Origin: Iphione sp. A-MEVVRFRX5
Taxonomy: Eukaryota
Length of the DNA: 64,000 nucleotides
Direction: 5' to 3'
NCBI GenBank assembly: GCA_976226885.1
Contig: OZ320315.1
Coordinates: 73,346,001-73,410,000, forward strand
Below are positions 61,826 to 64,000 of the stretch, piece after piece. How positions within the stretch are numbered: the stretch's first letter is position 1; each line of letters begins with the position of its first letter. The notes under the pieces are model-generated. The model did not search any database. It saw only the letters and a list, made by a program, of their open reading frames with translations, and was not told the origin of the DNA. The translations under genes and the position numbers were made by a program.

Positions 61826-62536
61826 ATGTACTTTCATTTATATTCAGAATGGTCCTACATCAGCCAACCGGAGGTGAGCAGTGCGCGCAGAATGCGTGTG
61901 CTCATCATCACGGATGGTCGTCTGATACGCACCTTGGAGGATTTGGAACGGGAGGATCTGCCGCCACTAACGATCCATATGCTGCAGGCTACGAAAGGGT
62001 CGTACAAGAAGCTGTGGAAAGAACGTCTCTACGTTGATGTCACCACCTACGACCTGATTCTTATCTCCTTTGGCATAAGGGAGGTTCTTCGCCGAGAAAT
62101 GGGGCAGTGGTCAGTCCGCTGTCGCAGCCCCATGAAATACCTGGAAATGCTGCACTACTACGTTGGTCGCATACGTAATTGGGCGAGTGGACCACTGAAT
62201 ACGGGGCCTAAAGTGATCTGCTGCCCTATGGCTGGAATTCTGCTGTGCCGATGCGAACCCGACATAATCGGTACCGATGAGCAATATCTGCTAGACGCCC
62301 TGGTGTCTACCCACAACCTTTTTTGCAAGATGGAAGCTGTAAGATACGATATGAGTGTACCACGCATTGACTTGCCGGTCAACGATTACGCGAACAATCA
62401 TGTCATAGTCCAGAGTCAGTTTCTACGACGTGATGGATATCAAGTTACGGTTGAAGTAAGTGCTATATGGGCCCGCATGCTAGCTCTATATTTTGCTGAG
62501 TATGTTAGGGGCAATGAAAATGGTGGTGCTAATTAA
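61826..62536 (+). CDS. SGNH/GDSL-fold protein lacking the catalytic Ser and His
   Basis: MRVLIITDGR (Ser absent), YDLILISFGIREV, FLRRDGYQV (His absent). Alignable with 1172..1873. Confidence 0.7.
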   Translation: MYFHLYSEWSYISQPEVSSARRMRVLIITDGRLIRTLEDLEREDLPPLTIHMLQATKGSYKKLWKERLYVDVTTYDLILISFGIREVLRREMGQWSVRCRSPMKYLEMLHYYVGRIRNWASGPLNTGPKVICCPMAGILLCRCEPDIIGTDEQYLLDALVSTHNLFCKMEAVRYDMSVPRIDLPVNDYANNHVIVQSQFLRRDGYQVTVEVSAIWARMLALYFAEYVRGNENGGAN

Positions 62537-62588
62537 GTCAACCTCCATCCGGCACATAAGACTACGCCCAAAATCATAACATGCTAAA

Positions 62589-62815
62589 CAGCGATGCATG
62601 TATAGACATTTTCGATTATTTTAATTCTCACTAATGATCGTTTCTCGTACGGTCTTAATTTCAGAGCAGCGATGCATGTATGGACACTTGATTAGTTAAA
62701 TCATTCAATAGTGATCCTTTTCTCACACGATCTTATTTTTAGAGCAGCGATGCATGTATGGACACTTGATTATTTAAATCCTTCAGTAGTGATCCTATCT
62801 CATACGATCTTAATC
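62589..62815. repeat. Three 78-bp tandem repeats in the SGNH-ORF2 spacer
   Basis: CAGCGATGCATGTAT(A/G)GACA starts at 62589, 62667 and 62745. A second duplication of about 59 bp lies at 62999..63117. Confidence 0.9.
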
Positions 62816-63600
62816 TATGTTTGTTAATCTACCTCTATTTTTATGCATGTCAGGAGCCTAACGATTAGTCGCCCAATTATCTCCTTGGTGCATGTTAGCA
62901 CTAATGATCGTGGACTTTTAATATAAATCAAAGGTCTCATCCCGAATATCTGCAATAATCTGTGATATTTATGTAGTTTGGATAATCTGATGTTAAATTA
63001 TACTGTAGCAAATTTTCTATCAGTTCTTAATTGATGAAAACCATGATAGCTCTGGGATTATACTGTGTAGCAACTTTTCTAGATCTATTCATACTTAATG
63101 AAAACTATGATAGCTCTTGTATCGCAATAATATGATTGTAATCAACAGTGTGCAGCATGTTTAACCAAGATTTGTTCTGACTTGGATGCAGGATGTGTAG
63201 TTAATAAGAGCCTGTCTGGTGACTTAGCATAAGTATACTAAACGCAAGCTGCTAGTAAATGGCCTCTCATGTCAAGATTTCAACCTAGACTGGCCATGTA
63301 TGGTGAGATATTATGTCAGGGCAGTATTGACTTGATTTACGTACCTCTCTAGGGATTCCTTACAAGGTATGACTGAGCGGTTATCTTTTAAACGGTCTTC
63401 ATTGTATGCAACAGTTAAATAAAATTAAACAAAACGCACATGGCAACTCCTAGTTAATGGCGGTGTGACTGCTTCAGGAATGGTTGGTGCACGGTGGCTG
63501 CTGCTTGGTATGATTAAACGGATGGAAGGAGGCATGAAAATGCGTACAAGGTATGGTGTATGGGCCCGATGTCTCGGGGTAGCGTGAATGTAAACTAGAA

Positions 63601-64000
63601 ATGAAAGGAGTGAGACTCGTGGCTTATAATATAAGAAGCCTAAGATCGAAAGTGGTTGAATTGGGGTTATGTCTGAGGGAGAATGATATCGACATATGTG
63701 TGATTACCGAAACATGGCTAAATCATACACATAGTGATGGAGAAATCCGAATAGATGGATATTCGGCTGTAAGGAAGGACAGACACAGTGTGACGCGTGC
63801 TAAAGGGGGGGGGATTGTAATATATGTAAAGAATGGCGTTGAGATACTTCAGGAATTTGACACAGATCCTGAGAATGGTGAATGTGAGTCATTAGGCGTG
63901 ATGCTCAAGATGGGGAAGCGTCGTAAGCATGTGGTGTACGGGATTTACCGACCACCACACGACAGGATGAAAGACAGTATGAAAGAGATTGAACGTGTGG
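63601..64000 (+). CDS. ORF2 N-terminus: APE endonuclease; partial at window edge, not in the ORF track
   Basis: MKGVRLVAYNIRSLRSKVVELGLCLRENDIDICVITETWLNHTHSDGEIRIDGYSAVRKDR...KGGGIVIYVK...ECESL...VYGIYRPP; stop-free to the window end. Confidence 0.93.
   Translation, partial: MKGVRLVAYNIRSLRSKVVELGLCLRENDIDICVITETWLNHTHSDGEIRIDGYSAVRKDRHSVTRAKGGGIVIYVKNGVEILQEFDTDPENGECESLGVMLKMGKRRKHVVYGIYRPPHDRMKDSMKEIERV

Larger units (their letters stand above)
60128..64000 (+). mobile_element. Non-LTR retrotransposon, member B (uORF + ORF1-NADAR + SGNH-like ORF + APE-type ORF2); runs off the window end
   Basis: Same gene order as member A, with alignable but clearly diverged proteins. Confidence 0.9.

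Noticed and set aside
62589-62815. CRISPR-like array
   Set aside because: The whole 78-bp unit is repeated, there are no unique spacers, and there are no cas genes.
1-64000. Members A and B as inverted arms of one giant element, since they point outward from both window ends
   Set aside because: Their nucleotide sequences are not visibly similar and the proteins are strongly diverged. They are best read as independent insertions of related families.

Overview
Repeat-dominated eukaryotic DNA. It is AT-rich, has short GT-AG introns, and carries a transposon mix typical of a marine invertebrate; the species cannot be determined from the sequence. I found no recognisable host gene. The main result is a group of non-LTR (LINE, APE-type) retrotransposons with an unusual three-ORF layout, present as two diverged, 5'-complete members at the window ends (1..3570 minus; about 60128..64000 plus) and a third decayed member (about 53100..56700). 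The layout is: a 4-codon uORF (MAxE*); ORF1 with coiled coil, L1-type RRM/CTD and a C-terminal NADAR/YbiA-like domain; a stand-alone SGNH-esterase-like ORF with a degenerate active site, preceded by a splice-acceptor-like site at the same position and phase in both members; a 0.8-1.1 kb spacer; then the APE endonuclease start of ORF2, cut off by the window edge. Other contents: a complete Neptune-type Penelope element (direct repeats with hammerhead ribozymes, 14-bp TSD) carrying an extra C2H2-zinc-finger/disordered cargo; an apparently intact piggyBac (TTAA, 14-bp TIRs) with a six-intron transposase and a probable second spliced antisense gene; and relics of Harbinger, hAT, Gypsy, CR1/L2-like and Penelope elements plus MITEs. 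All domain calls are from reading motifs by eye; no searches were run.
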